Assembly (NCBI GenBank): GCA_977020255.1
Contig: CDROCS010000453.1
Location: 1-64,000 of the forward strand
Length of the DNA stretch: 64,000 nt
Reading direction: 5' to 3'
Source of the DNA: Obrimoposthia wandeli
Taxonomy: Eukaryota
Shown here: one piece after another, positions 36,142 through 49,418 of the stretch
Position numbering within the stretch: the first letter of the stretch is position 1
Layout of the letters: each line of letters opens with the position of its first letter
The notes under the pieces: generated by a model
Told to the model about the DNA's origin: nothing
Database searches by the model: none
Seen by the model: only the letters and a program-made list of their open reading frames with translations
Position numbers and translations under genes: made by a program

Positions 36142-38595
36142 GTAAGTCCTATCATATAAATCAATAAAATTATGTTTGTTTTAATAAAAAAAAGTGCAGC
36201 AGAAATTTCTTATCTTAATATCAAATATTTGTGGAGATTGGTAAATGTACTAAATAGTTTAAGAATCATCCGTATGTTATGTTAGCAAGTTTCGAATGAT
36301 TACAGGACAGATAAAAATCTTCAATTCCAGCACAGAAACATCGTGAAGCAGACACAAAGAAGAATTTCTAATATTATAAAAATAGTTTTGAACAAAAGAG
36401 CTTATGTAAATCTCTTTAGTGGAAGTTTAATAGTTTTCTGAATGTGTTTTGATTGTTGGATTACGACTTTGGGATTGAAGATTATAACAAACAGTCTGTA
36501 ATTTGTGTTTAACATTAACAAAAATCCGGAATAAATTATTTAGAGAACCCCATTGTAAAGTGACCGAATCTATGAATCGTGTACCGACGCATATTGCAAC
36601 ATTCAGCTTAAATTTGTAGCCCGTGTGATTTTCTCATCCAAAATTTCACATCTAATATCAATTGTATATAAATTTATTTTGATCAATCTTTAACTTTGAA
36701 GTCAATAATATATATTTGTTTTTATTTAAAAACCACCCCAAGATAAAGGATTCGAAAAATATTTGGCATCAGAAAAAATAGTATTTGAAATCAAATTAAA
36801 CAATTATTTTATTAAAATAGACTTGACAAAAAGTTATGGGTTCACTGATGTAAAATCATCTACAAATGATGATCAAAATTTTCAATTTTTTTAAAGTTCT
36901 AAATTTAAAATTTATTTATTTTTTAGGAAAAGCAAAATATTTTAGCAGAAACATCGCAGTTGCACATAAAGTGATAGTCTTAGATTTTTCGAAGAATAGT
37001 TGGGAGAAAATATAAATATATTTTAATATGTACTCGAAGTGTATAGAGGAATGGAAAATATCTATGTTTAATGAAATGTAATAATATAAAAACAAAATGA
37101 AAAAATTCCGATTGGATTTTCAATATGAATAGTTTAGTTTCAGAAAACAGAAAATATGTGATGTGGTGAGGATTTAAGTTTGGTTAAGAGTACTACACTT
37201 AATCCAACTGAATGGTGCTATTGTCAAATTCACGACATGGAACCTAGGATATAAGAATTAAACTTATAATAATACATAGTAAAACCTAATAATGAAATCA
37301 TTATTACTAAATCAATTATTACAAATTTTAGAAAAATATTTATTCGGATGAAAATTTATGTAAATAAAATTTAATATTGCACATAAATAAGTTTAAAACT
37401 TATTTTAATTGTAGAAAGGTTTATTAATAAACTTTTACAAATTGATTTAGAATTTTTGTAAAGTTGCTTTTGTTACTTATACGTTTGATAACGACAAATT
37501 ATCGTCTTAGATGTTAGGATTTTTGTACTATAAGTGAGAAGCTAATTTTCATCAAGCATAATAAATAGCTAAACGGTGTAAATGGAATTATTTTAATTAC
37601 TTAAGTCATTTACGTTTTGAAATAATAACATCAAATACACGATTTAACACTTAGGTGTCTATATGTGGTTGATTCCTCACAAATCCATATTAACTCGAAT
37701 TTATGTGATGCAGGAATATTCTATACATTCACTGAGAGTCGTCTGTTGATTTCTCAGAATCATATAATTTGACTTTTACTTCAAAATTAATAAATTCTTC
37801 AAATAACTTGTTTTATTGTGTTTTTTGAATAATTAGAAAATATTTGAATTCAAGTTTGACTATTTTGTTGTCTAAATTAGGATTACTTTTAAACATACCA
37901 GTATTGGCTTTTTATATCTGGTCAGAAAAGAAGTAAAACCAACTTATATATTTGAAATTTATATGGAATTACTATTTATAACAAAATATTATAATTATTT
38001 CCTAGATTTTTTTTTCTTTATTCCCATAAGGAGTAAATCTAAAAATAACTTTTATTGGAGATAAATACACGACATGGATTGAACAGAATTACACTAGAAT
38101 TATTTAAAATTAAGATTTATTTAAAAAAAGAAACTGTTCATGCATCCATGTGGCAAAATTGATGTAGAAAAACCTTAATTAATAAGATGTTGTTCCATTC
38201 GATATTTCATTCCAAACTGAAAATAATGAATGCATTCTTTTGTTAAATTAACACTGCAAACGCTTTGTAAAATGCGATAATTTAAATTACATGAATTAAA
38301 ACATGTAATAAAACATAAAATATTTTTATTTTTGAAGAGTAAATCTAAATTGTTAAGAAAAGAGCTTTTTATGTGGATCCTTTTATAATTTGACATATTA
38401 AGGTGCAATTTAGTTTTTTCTTCTAATATCGATAAAACTTAATGGTGTCAATAAAACATTCATGTTTTTAATAAAATTTATTGTTTCCCACATTTCTATG
38501 ATTTCTAAGACTATTTACTACATTTCTATGGAGACTAAATGAGGTGAAAATTTAAAAATAGGCTTTGAGAGGCCAATAAAAATATATTTCAATTA

Positions 38596-39390
38596 NNNNN
38601 NNNNNNNNNNNNNNNNNNNNNNNNNNNNNNNNNNNNNNNNNNNNNNNNNNNNNNNNNNNNNNNNNNNNNNNNNNNNNNNNNNNNNNNNNNNNNNNNNNNN
38701 NNNNNNNNNNNNNNNNNNNNNNNNNNNNNNNNNNNNNNNNNNNNNNNNNNNNNNNNNNNNNNNNNNNNNNNNNNNNNNNNNNNNNNNNNNNNNNNNNNNN
38801 NNNNNNNNNNNNNNNNNNNNNNNNNNNNNNNNNNNNNNNNNNNNNNNNNNNNNNNNNNNNNNNNNNNNNNNNNNNNNNNNNNNNNNNNNNNNNNNNNNNN
38901 NNNNNNNNNNNNNNNNNNNNNNNNNNNNNNNNNNNNNNNNNNNNNNNNNNNNNNNNNNNNNNNNNNNNNNNNNNNNNNNNNNNNNNNNNNNNNNNNNNNN
39001 NNNNNNNNNNNNNNNNNNNNNNNNNNNNNNNNNNNNNNNNNNNNNNNNNNNNNNNNNNNNNNNNNNNNNNNNNNNNNNNNNNNNNNNNNNNNNNNNNNNN
39101 NNNNNNNNNNNNNNNNNNNNNNNNNNNNNNNNNNNNNNNNNNNNNNNNNNNNNNNNNNNNNNNNNNNNNNNNNNNNNNNNNNNNNNNNNNNNNNNNNNNN
39201 NNNNNNNNNNNNNNNNNNNNNNNNNNNNNNNNNNNNNNNNNNNNNNNNNNNNNNNNNNNNNNNNNNNNNNNNNNNNNNNNNNNNNNNNNNNNNNNNNNNN
39301 NNNNNNNNNNNNNNNNNNNNNNNNNNNNNNNNNNNNNNNNNNNNNNNNNNNNNNNNNNNNNNNNNNNNNNNNNNNNNNNNNNNNNNNNNN
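38596..39390. other. Assembly gap (795 N)
   Basis: Run of N. Confidence 1.
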
Positions 39391-42300
39391 TTGCCTATAA
39401 ATAATATAATAGTGAATTTAAAAAAATGGTCAATGCAAGTATTGAAAAGAATTTGTTTTCTTATATTAGTCTGCATTTTGTTGGATGAGTGAGACTGAAT
39501 AAAAAAGTTCAATTTTTAAACACTAGAGATAATTCTCGCAACCCACTGACTTCAAATATCGTTCCAATACTAGTCTTATCTTGGTTGCCTCTTTTAATGG
39601 CGATGGTGATGATATTCCTTTCGAGGATTGGAGAAGTGCATTATTGGTTATATTAAAACCTATATTATTTATAAGAATATGAATTTTTTAATTCCAGGCA
39701 CAAATTTATATAGTTTAATACGTTTGTATTCCATGTCTTTAAAAATTAATGCTACTAATTTTCTAGTGTTAAAACTGAAATACATTTAAGAAACATTTAT
39801 TTTTTATTGATTCAGCTAAAGAGTGCCAATATTGATTAGTCACTTATTTAATCAATTATTAAGTTATCAAGTTAAAATTCCTCTATATAAATTGCTATTA
39901 TTTTTCTTTCTCGTCAATTATTTAATGGTAATATGTTATTTTCTATGTAAACTTTTATTGTTTTAGAATATAATTTATTTAAAGAAAAAAACTACTTTTG
40001 GTGATAACTATAAATTACAATTATTCATAAATCTATCGTCAATATTTAAATTAGAATTTTATTGATAAAGTAATATTTTCTTTAAACAGTATATTAATAT
40101 AAGAAATTAGCAAAATGTATTTCAAATTAAATTGTTTTAATTATTTTTTTTAGTTAATTTAGAAAAAAGTTTAGATTAAAAATGAATTATGTTATTAGTT
40201 TATTTATAATTTTATTTTCAAAAAAGTTTGCAATTTAAATTCATATGTTTTATTTATTTTACTCTTTTGTGTAAGTAAGTAGTAAATTGAAATTTCATCA
40301 CATTTTAATTTTACATAATATATCTAATTTCAAATGTATTTTGCCTCTAAAAGATTTAACAATTGATGTTATTGTTATCAACCTCTTTAAAAGCAACCCA
40401 ATTGAAACAAAACTTTACATAAATATTTGAAATAAATGTACTATTAATACAAATAATATAAAATTTTATTTTATATTGTTTATTTGAACCAGTAATATAT
40501 TATATTTGTTGATTAAATTTAAACTGCACGTAAAGAGTTTACATATCGAAAAGTTTACATATCATTATTATTGTAGTTTAGAAGATTAAATTCCATTAAC
40601 TATAATTAAAAACTAAAGAATTGAGGAAGGAAGCAAATGCTTGATGAGAGGAAAGAAAAGAGCTGTCAAAAGATAAAATAAACCAGACAGACTATTAACA
40701 CTATCAACATAACCAAAAATTAGTAAAAGCACTATTTGTCATGTATAACCACTATATCGTTTATTAAAAGTTGTATCACAAAAATGAATGGTTTTGACTA
40801 ATAAATAAATGCTTTTGTAAATTTATCTTTTTTTTAATCTACAATACAATTGTTAAATATTTTTTTCGGGACATCAATGTAAAACTTATTAAAAATGTAA
40901 CAATAAATATTATTTATGTAATTTAAGATAGCACAAATAATAAAACTTTATGTATATTTATCATTTTTATTAAAAATTAGTGTATCATGTTGAAAATATT
41001 TATAACACACATTGATATTTGTTTTTGTGTTTTTTTTAAATTTGTACAGCAATTATGTATTCTTATTTCATGAATAATAATATTTTTTTTGAAATAAATA
41101 TTAATTTTTAAAATTATGTTTCCTTTATAAGTGTAAGTACTGACAAATGTGTCTTAAGTTGTTTTAATATATAAAAATTACGATAACTCAAATCTTTGGA
41201 TTATCATTAAATCTATGAATTATTGTTTATTTTATTGATATGTTTTTGTTCTTACCTTTATTTCTTACCATTGTAACAGTCAATTACAAATAATCACATA
41301 ATTTGTTAATTTTTATTAAAAATATCCCCAAATTAAATAGATCGTTAAAAGTAAATAAAATATAACCCACACAGGAAATGTAATAGAATTAGGGATACTA
41401 TGACGAGTTTTTCAACACCATGACTCATAAATGTTTATTTAGGATTATAGTTTTGTGTTAAATTAATCTATATAACAATTAGAATGGTTTTGATAATTTA
41501 AGTTTTAGAGTTTTCAATAGTTTAGCTGTTATTTTTAATGATTCACAAATGTTAGGAATTTGGAAATTACATTTTCAGATAATGAAAAAGATAAAGTACA
41601 TTGAGTACTTTTTTAACACTGATAATTAATTAATATTTTGAGGGATATATAGATTTAAATTTTTTTAAAAAGTTACTACAGAAAGTAGAACAGCAGGAAA
41701 ATGGAATCAATTGTATGGAAAACGATAAATAATCTACGAAGCACAGTATCTCTATGGTGGGATAAAAGGCGAAGTGGTAGTTGGCCTTATGCACTGCTGT
41801 AGTCTATGAGAAAATATGTGACCCAATTCGAGAAACAAATACCCCCACAAACAGAGATGCCACGACCCATCCGATAAGTTGATAACATCGCCTTTCTTGC
41901 ATAATTTTGTTTATTTTATTTTCATTACTGTAATCTTACTTTATCTTGACTGCCTCCAGACTTTCCATTCTGCCTATAACCATTCTGTCTTGATGACTAC
42001 TGTTGCTACTGAATTAGTACACACATATTGCAGATTAACTTGGGTAGCCGTGCGTAGCTAGTGACTCAGCTACACTCAGTCGTCATTAGCTAATTCCGCG
42101 ACAACAATCCCTCACAACAAGGTCCTCCATTCTGAACGTCAACAGCTGACTTTAGACTCAAGGAGTTGTTGCGCTAAACGTTTCTTATTAATTACTTATC
42201 ATTAACTAGTTTTCCATATAATATTTCCTTTGCTGTTTCTTACCAGTCACCAGTAACAAAATACGAAAGATTCTTTTAATTGCAGAAATAATCAATTAAT

Positions 42301-43689
42301 TCACTTCAGTTTTTGTTGTTACATAATTTTTCCTTTAATTCAGTTTGTGATTGTCTATGTACATTGTTTCTGTTAACAAGACATTATTCCCTAGGTGGCA
42401 TGTTTTCTGTGAACAAACTTTCGAGGTTTATCAAAGACTGATTCCTCGGTAAGCTCATGTTAACCCGAATTTCTCAACGATTAGGAAACATGTATAAATA
42501 AAATGTACTATATTTCGAATTGAGTCCAAGTCAACAGTTACAATTTAGTCCATTTAAAAACAATAAAAATACTTGTAAAACTGAAAGTATCTATATTAGT
42601 GTCAACATAACAATGCTTTTTTTGAAAGTTACCTGTTTATAACAGTTTTAAAATATTTTAAGCGTACGTTGAACTATTTTTAACTTTACTTACCTTATAC
42701 ATTTTGTAAAACCGATTATCTTAACTTATAATAAAATTAAAATTAACAAAAACACATTAAAATCTTATTATTCAACATAAATGAATACCATTAATAAAAA
42801 CCAATTTCATACATATATGAACACACACTAAAATGCACGATTAGAATATTTTGTGTGTTATTTTAATATATAGGGTAAGGAACTAAAACAAATACATTAA
42901 CGGAAAATGAATATCAACATGGAAAATTATGTTTTAGCCGCATCTATGGGTACGATCAGGTAAATTAAATAATACTTATTCATTTTATATAGTAGAATAC
43001 AACAAAAATGAGTCTTTAACTACGATGGAGACCATTTTACTTCGAGAAAGAAATCGGAAAGTGTAAGTTTAAGGCTCTTTTTGCACAATTTAATGTTTTA
43101 GGATATCTAGGGGCAAAACAGAGACTAATAGAGACACAAGAAAGGGTATGAGTGTATGAATCAGAACGGAATAAACTACGCAATACCAATATAAACATGA
43201 CATGGATTGTGGTAGGTGAGCTTAATCAAGAAGACTATTCAAACTAGAAATGCAAAAAAAACAGGAAATGTTTAATAGAAAATGACGTTTAGAATTAAAT
43301 TTAATAAACAATTAAAAATACTCACTGTCTTTGGATTTTCTTTTGTCATTCATATGAGTATAATTATCCAAACAGTCTATATTTCGCTATTTTACGGGAT
43401 TTACATAAATTATTCCTTTATTTGGCTGTATTTGTATAACTTCGGTGATAATTAGTGTAACATCTATAGTAAACTATATGATTGGATGTAGTGCAATTAA
43501 TAAGTAAAATAATGATAATATATCAACTGTTAACTTTAAAAAATTTGTTATGTCACATATGGGTATTTTACTTTAGAGGCAAACATTTTGTTTTTGTAGT
43601 GAATAAAATGTGACTGTTGACTTTGTCTGATAGGAAACATGTCAAATTTGGTATATAAGAATTTTTACTTTAAAATGTTCTCAATCAAC

Positions 43690-44200
43690 CTCTATCAGCC
43701 TCAAAGCCAATTAATTTGGCAGTCCCGTAATGTTTAAAAACAGTATTTAGACAGAGGGATGGATCAGAGAATAAATTTTTATTTGAAAACTATTAGTCGA
43801 AAGGTACACGATAATTTGGCTGAAATGAACCATTTCAAATGCTTTTAAAATTGTAAAATCTCTGAAATTTGAAGTAAACTTGTTGCGAGAAAACTCCTCA
43901 ACGGCCTTGTCGAGCGTCATCGCCTGGGCCTTCTACACAGTGCTGTTATAGTAGAGGGGTGAACTTGAGACTATTGGTAAACGTTTTTTCCATGAACAGA
44001 CCATCAGATAATACGGTTATAAAGGTGACTCTTGACAATATAAAGGATATCATTCACTAAATCAAAATTAAAGTTAAGGCTTACACAATGCATCACATTT
44101 TCCCAAAACAATTTATGTTGCACTATACACGTTTTTTTTCTTCCATCGCGCTTATGGCCTTCAGCTGCATTAAAATCACATATTGAATGAGCGTTCAAGC
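43690..44200 (-). mobile_element. PIF1-like helicase C-terminal relic (probably Helitron-derived)
   Basis: LPIV....TV*KAQAMTLDKAV at ~43900-43985 matches the PIF1 motif FPLxLAxAxTIHKSQGxTLDKAV. Confidence 0.6.
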
Positions 44201-46049
44201 TTTTTCTACATTGTATTTTTTCATTTTAAAACAATTTTAAAAATTATTAGTAAGATATAATAATCAAAAAATATTTATTTGAGTTTTATTTAGGCAATAA
44301 AAAATGGGTTTAAAATAAATTTCAAATATTTAAATTCAAAAATTATTTTAAAAAATAAAGAAATAAGTTGTCCAGTTTTATTATCATATAAACTTCAAGT
44401 TAGAGTGTTCTAAAGGTTAGACTAAAAAAAGCAACCATCACTAAGAGGAAATTTAATATTCAGAAAAATGTGTGCAAAAAATTTTCATTCTCTTTTCATA
44501 TTAGTATTTTATAGGTATTTTAAAAAGTTTATATTAATAAAAGTGCAGATAGGTTTGCAGTACAGAGGTACAAACAAAATGTATGCAATGTGGGCGATCA
44601 GACAACAAAATGCTTACGTAAGTTGACCAATAGAGCTTTTAAGGTATCTTTTAAAATTCTTAGGAATGAGGAAAAATAAATAAAATTATTAAATGGTTAT
44701 TTACGCTAGATGAATCACATCCTCAATTAAAATCATAAAATACAAATAAATGTTTTGACCTAAAAAACTTCATAAATTGAGACCTTGAAATGCCTTGAAG
44801 TGTAGAAGTATTTAAGAAAAGTAATAATGTAAAAAAGGAAGCAGATTAAAGTGCAGTCGAAAATCGACGAAATAATCAAGACCAAAATACGAAGTATTCC
44901 AATCAAGACCGAAATCCAATAATTTAGCCGATTGAGTATCCATTCCAAGACATACAGCAATTTGTCAGCCGCCGAATAGAGGAAATAAATTTTCACAATA
45001 GCTTCCCGTATTTATCTTGGACAGCGATTTGCCTGCTGCAGAAGAACGGCAAGGGATTACCACGATAATTATAATCGTTGTCAGCTTATCGGGATGACAG
45101 CCTTCCGTTAGGTTAGACAGCGATCATCCTGCAACGACGGACATCCGGACCGACCGATAAGATTATCGAATTGGTGCATAATCGGGAGTGAAAGTCGATA
45201 ATTGTAAGTCACTGAAAATCGCGAACAATTCACACAGTCAGTGATATTGGATGTTAGTGGAAACAGGCTTTAAGGGAACAGTACAAGAGTTTCTTGGCAT
45301 TGATTCTCATGACAACTGACACGACTGGATATGACTTAAAAATTCCTCACTGAAGTTTATGGTTTTTTTATTTGAGTTTTTATGACAAGAGCGACAACAT
45401 TTCGCTTTAAATAACGCGTTTCATTCATTTTTAGTGCCTTGTAAATTTCTGATCGAGGGGCTGCAATTGTATGGCTTATTTTTGTTGTCATACTCGTGTA
45501 ACCATGGCTTTCAATCTTGTGAGGCTTCGTAAGGTTACACATTTTATATCCATCGCTGCTATTTATCATTTTCAACACTGTTGACTTCATATGGCTTCGC
45601 AGTAAAGACGTTCCCTTGCTCAGAGTTCTTTTTAAAGAAATTAACATCAACATTTCGCCCTTATTCTTCATTGAGTGGCGACTTTTTTGTTTATTAAGAA
45701 ATACGGTGATAAAATGTTGTGTGATATATGTCACATGTAAAGTCACATGTAAACAAAAACTTCTGAAAATTTTTGATTTATCGTCTATTAAATTAGTTGC
45801 TATTCAGATACTAATCAATTAACTTAGTTATATGTAACTATTATAATTAATACTGGTTTATATGTGATAAACTTTATAAAATTGTCGTAAAAAGAAATGT
45901 ATTTGATAATGGTAGAGTTTTATCGTTATAGGATTTAAAATATAACTAATCTGGAATAAGCAAATAACTGGAGTTGATAATTGATTGCTGATTATGCACT
46001 TATTTGCAGTTCAAATTCAAACAAACCAATTGGAGACAATGTTGTGTGT

Positions 46050-47062
46050 CATGGTTTTGCATTTTAAAGGGCTTCGTATGTGATAGACAAAGAAGTGGAG
46101 ATAAAACTAGAGAATTATTAGGACCATACCGTGAAGGTAGATGAAGAGTTAACCCTACTATTGTAAATGACTACAGAAAAGAGGAGTTTAAAAACTAGAT
46201 GGAAAGATTTGTGGCCAAAATCATCAACCTACAGAAATATAAATTGAAAGTCAAAGAGTGTCTATGAGTTTAAGTAGAATGGAATAAATATACGAGATAA
46301 CTAAATTAAGAAAGTTAAAACTATCATTATTTAACAGACAGTTATACGAATACTCAATATGGAGAGTGAAATTCGACGTATTAGTTGTACATGTAGCGTG
46401 TGTCAATACGAGCAAACTTCTATATTTGTATTTAAGAAGTGAGCCTCGAAAGAGGTGTATGGCGTGGCAATGAATATACGGGAAAGGAGATATAGTTTAG
46501 AGGAAAGACAGTACCAAAATATGTTAAATACATTGGGAGAGCGTAAAGATTTAGAGAGGTTTACTGAGTTAGCAAAAAGGATCTTAATAACGTGAAAATA
46601 ACCTAAAAAGGAGACGACTTAGGAAGCAGTTATTTATACTAGACGTTTTTACAAACGTTACAACGAACATTAATTTTAGAGCTTATGGAACAGATGCGAA
46701 GTGATAAACTGGTAGATTCTATTGAAATATCGCCGAAATGGGTCCAGCAAAGCACATAGGAATTTGACGCCTATGAAATAGTACGACGTACGGATATGAA
46801 GATGGATGAACTAATCAAGATAAGCCAAGCGAATGTGGTGGACAAAAAAGAAGTTTATATGAGTGAAAATAAAATCGGAAGAAAGTATTGTCAAAATTGT
46901 ACAGGAAAAGAATACACCGATCATTGTAAGCCGTTTAGGAAATTATCCGTGGAATACCGATGGAAAATGGCAAAGGAAAAAAGCCAATGTAATCAATGCT
47001 TTAAGAAAAGTCATTCGAAAAAGAGAATAATCGTGGGTGTTTATGTTTATTTATGTAGATAG
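46050..47062 (+). mobile_element. BEL/Pao retrotransposon gag relic
   Basis: CQNCTGKEYTDHCKPFRKLSVEYRWKMAKEKSQCNQCFKKSH follows the BEL-type spaced knuckle pattern (C..C...H...C..F..L.V..R......C..C....H). Upstream sequence is degraded and coding-like. Confidence 0.65.
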
Positions 47063-47169
47063 ATGAAGTCAAAGGCCTTATTGCCATGAAAGATAAAGGC
47101 AATATAGGCAGACATACTAATCTGATGAACCAAACGCATTTGCAATTTTAACATAAACTGATGGTGATT

Positions 47170-47722
47170 TAAAAAAATTAATTTAACTCAGGAAATATGA
47201 ATCCGGATATGTATATAGAAGTTCTTGAGAATTATGTAGCTCGCATTTCATTTCATTTAAATATTTAGATCCAGCTTCAGATTGGCTCTATATGGATGAT
47301 AATGCAACTCCACAATGTCCCAAACCATTATAAGTGGATGATTAGATCGAACAATTTATCGACCAGCAATGTCACAGCATTTAAATTCGATATAGATTGT
47401 ATGATCTATCTTAAATAAACGGATAAGAATGAACAAATAAACGCACAAGATTTTATTCAACTTAGTGGAATTTATCAAAAAATATTGGATAAAATCCATC
47501 ACTATTATAGAGCAAATAATTGGAAGCATGAATAAAAGAGTAATAAAGCTCATATAAAAAAGATTCGGTAATTAGTCATTTATATAATTTTGGTTGTTTT
47601 TTATTACATAAAACATACATTAATATTTTAAAAACAATAGTACGTTTTTCATAATAAACAATTTACTTTTGAATTGAAATAGTCATTTTAGAAGAACACC
47701 TTGTTTTGTCAGTAGTATACTG
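47170..47722 (+). mobile_element. Tc1 transposase 3' relic with right terminus
   Basis: GNMNPDMYIEVLENY, YMDDNATP and PAMSQHLNSI (SPDLNPIE-like). Ends in ...TACTG|TA. Confidence 0.7.
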
Positions 47723-48997
47723 TATGAGGTAAGACCTAAAACAACGTACTTGTGTTGCATTGTATTTATTAGGTTTCCAATATGTGAACATGTCCTTATA
47801 AATGCGTTTTAATCGACAGAAAGATAGCATCGTCAAAAAGTTTCGGAGTGGAAACTGGATCCATATAAAAATTTAGTAGAATGCGTTTATGCTATTGTTT
47901 AGTAATACCACTAGCTGAATGCCGTGGAAAATATTTGATAAAAATTTACTACCGTGCTTTGGAAGAGATAAGGGAGCATACAACTACAACTTTGGTGATT
48001 CCCAATAATGCGCTGGTCTGTGTTCATCAATATTTACATTGTATCGTCCCATATAAATATCCCTGACTTGGCTCAGATCAACTATTTGACGAAGCAGCAA
48101 AATTTCCCCGAAAAACAAGAGATGCATTGCCAGAATAGTACCATAAAACTCGCCTTAATTGCAGCAGCTGAGAAGAGTGCATACACACACGAACTAGACA
48201 TCAGAGAGGAGGAAGATAGTGTGTCTGGCTTAATCCATTGTTCACCACAATGCATCCCCTCGCGCGGTCGTCACTGGAGATTCAACAATACACATCACAG
48301 CATATTATCCCTGATTGACAGCTGGGCTCTGCGCTCTCATTCAGGAGAATTTCATGGTGCTTGACTTCCACGACCAGTCAGTTCTCTTGTATCAGCCAAT
48401 CCCCATTGGATTTTTCAATTCTGACTTGAAATCCAAAATTCAGTATAGAATCAGCTTTCTCGATTATCTCCGAACTTTTGAAGATTGAACCCCATAAAAT
48501 TTAGCTGATCAATAAACGATTTTCTCACTGCAAATATACATTTTCTTAATGATATTGTTTGTCTTTGCAATTCAAAATTAAAAAATAACATATTTTAGCA
48601 AAAATTCGATTTTCAACAATAAAATTTAAATTATAATATTTTTTACAACTTTCTAGGAATGGTATCAAAGTAAAAATCACACTTCTTCATATTTACAAAA
48701 TATTTATACAACAATTTGGCAGCTCCCCAAAAACATTAGCAGATATATAAATAAATCAAATTGTTAAATGTATACATAATAGTAGTTTGAATACTACGTT
48801 GCTAATGGCTTCATAAATTTATGTATTTAAAACTATTTTAAAATAAACATAAATCTATTTAATGAAGTTACTTTGATATTAAGTAAATTTGAAAAGATAA
48901 ATAAATCCCAAAAAATATAAAGGATAAAAATATCATGAAATATGTGTTAAATAATTAAAATGATCGATTATTTCAATTTTATAAAGGTGATTACATT

Positions 48998-49418
48998 CAG
49001 GCCCGGTTCTAGAACTTTTATGTGTGTAGGCGAGATGTATATTTGCCGCCCAAAAAAATTCAATTATTTTAAAATTGAAGAAAAATAGAAAAACAATATA
49101 ACCTAAACTTAATTATGTATATATATTTATTTAATTAGAAACATTATATAAAAACAAAAATAAACATAAATAAATTCAATTTATACCAAAATAAAACATA
49201 ACGCAAACAAATCATAATTAAAAGTGAATTTTCCTTGCTTTTAATTCTGCAAAATCTTTGACTAATTCTTCCATGGATTTACATGGATTTTGAAATTTAT
49301 TTCGTTTCGTTTTGAAAAAGTATCAAAAATAAAATTAAGAAAATGCCGCCCTAAAAAATTTCGGAAAAGTGCCGCCGTCGGCTATCGCCGACGTCGCCTA
49401 CGCCTAGAACCGGGCCTG
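48998..49418. mobile_element. hAT-family MITE
   Basis: Perfect 15-bp TIR CAGGCCCGGTTCTAG / CTAGAACCGGGCCTG and perfect 8-bp TSD ATTACATT (48990-48997 and 49419-49426). Confidence 0.95.

Noticed and set aside
38589-39512. 307-aa ORF in the track
   Set aside because: Artefact of translating across the N gap.
41797-42119. Possible solo LTR (TGTAG...CAACA)
   Set aside because: No TSD and arbitrary boundaries.
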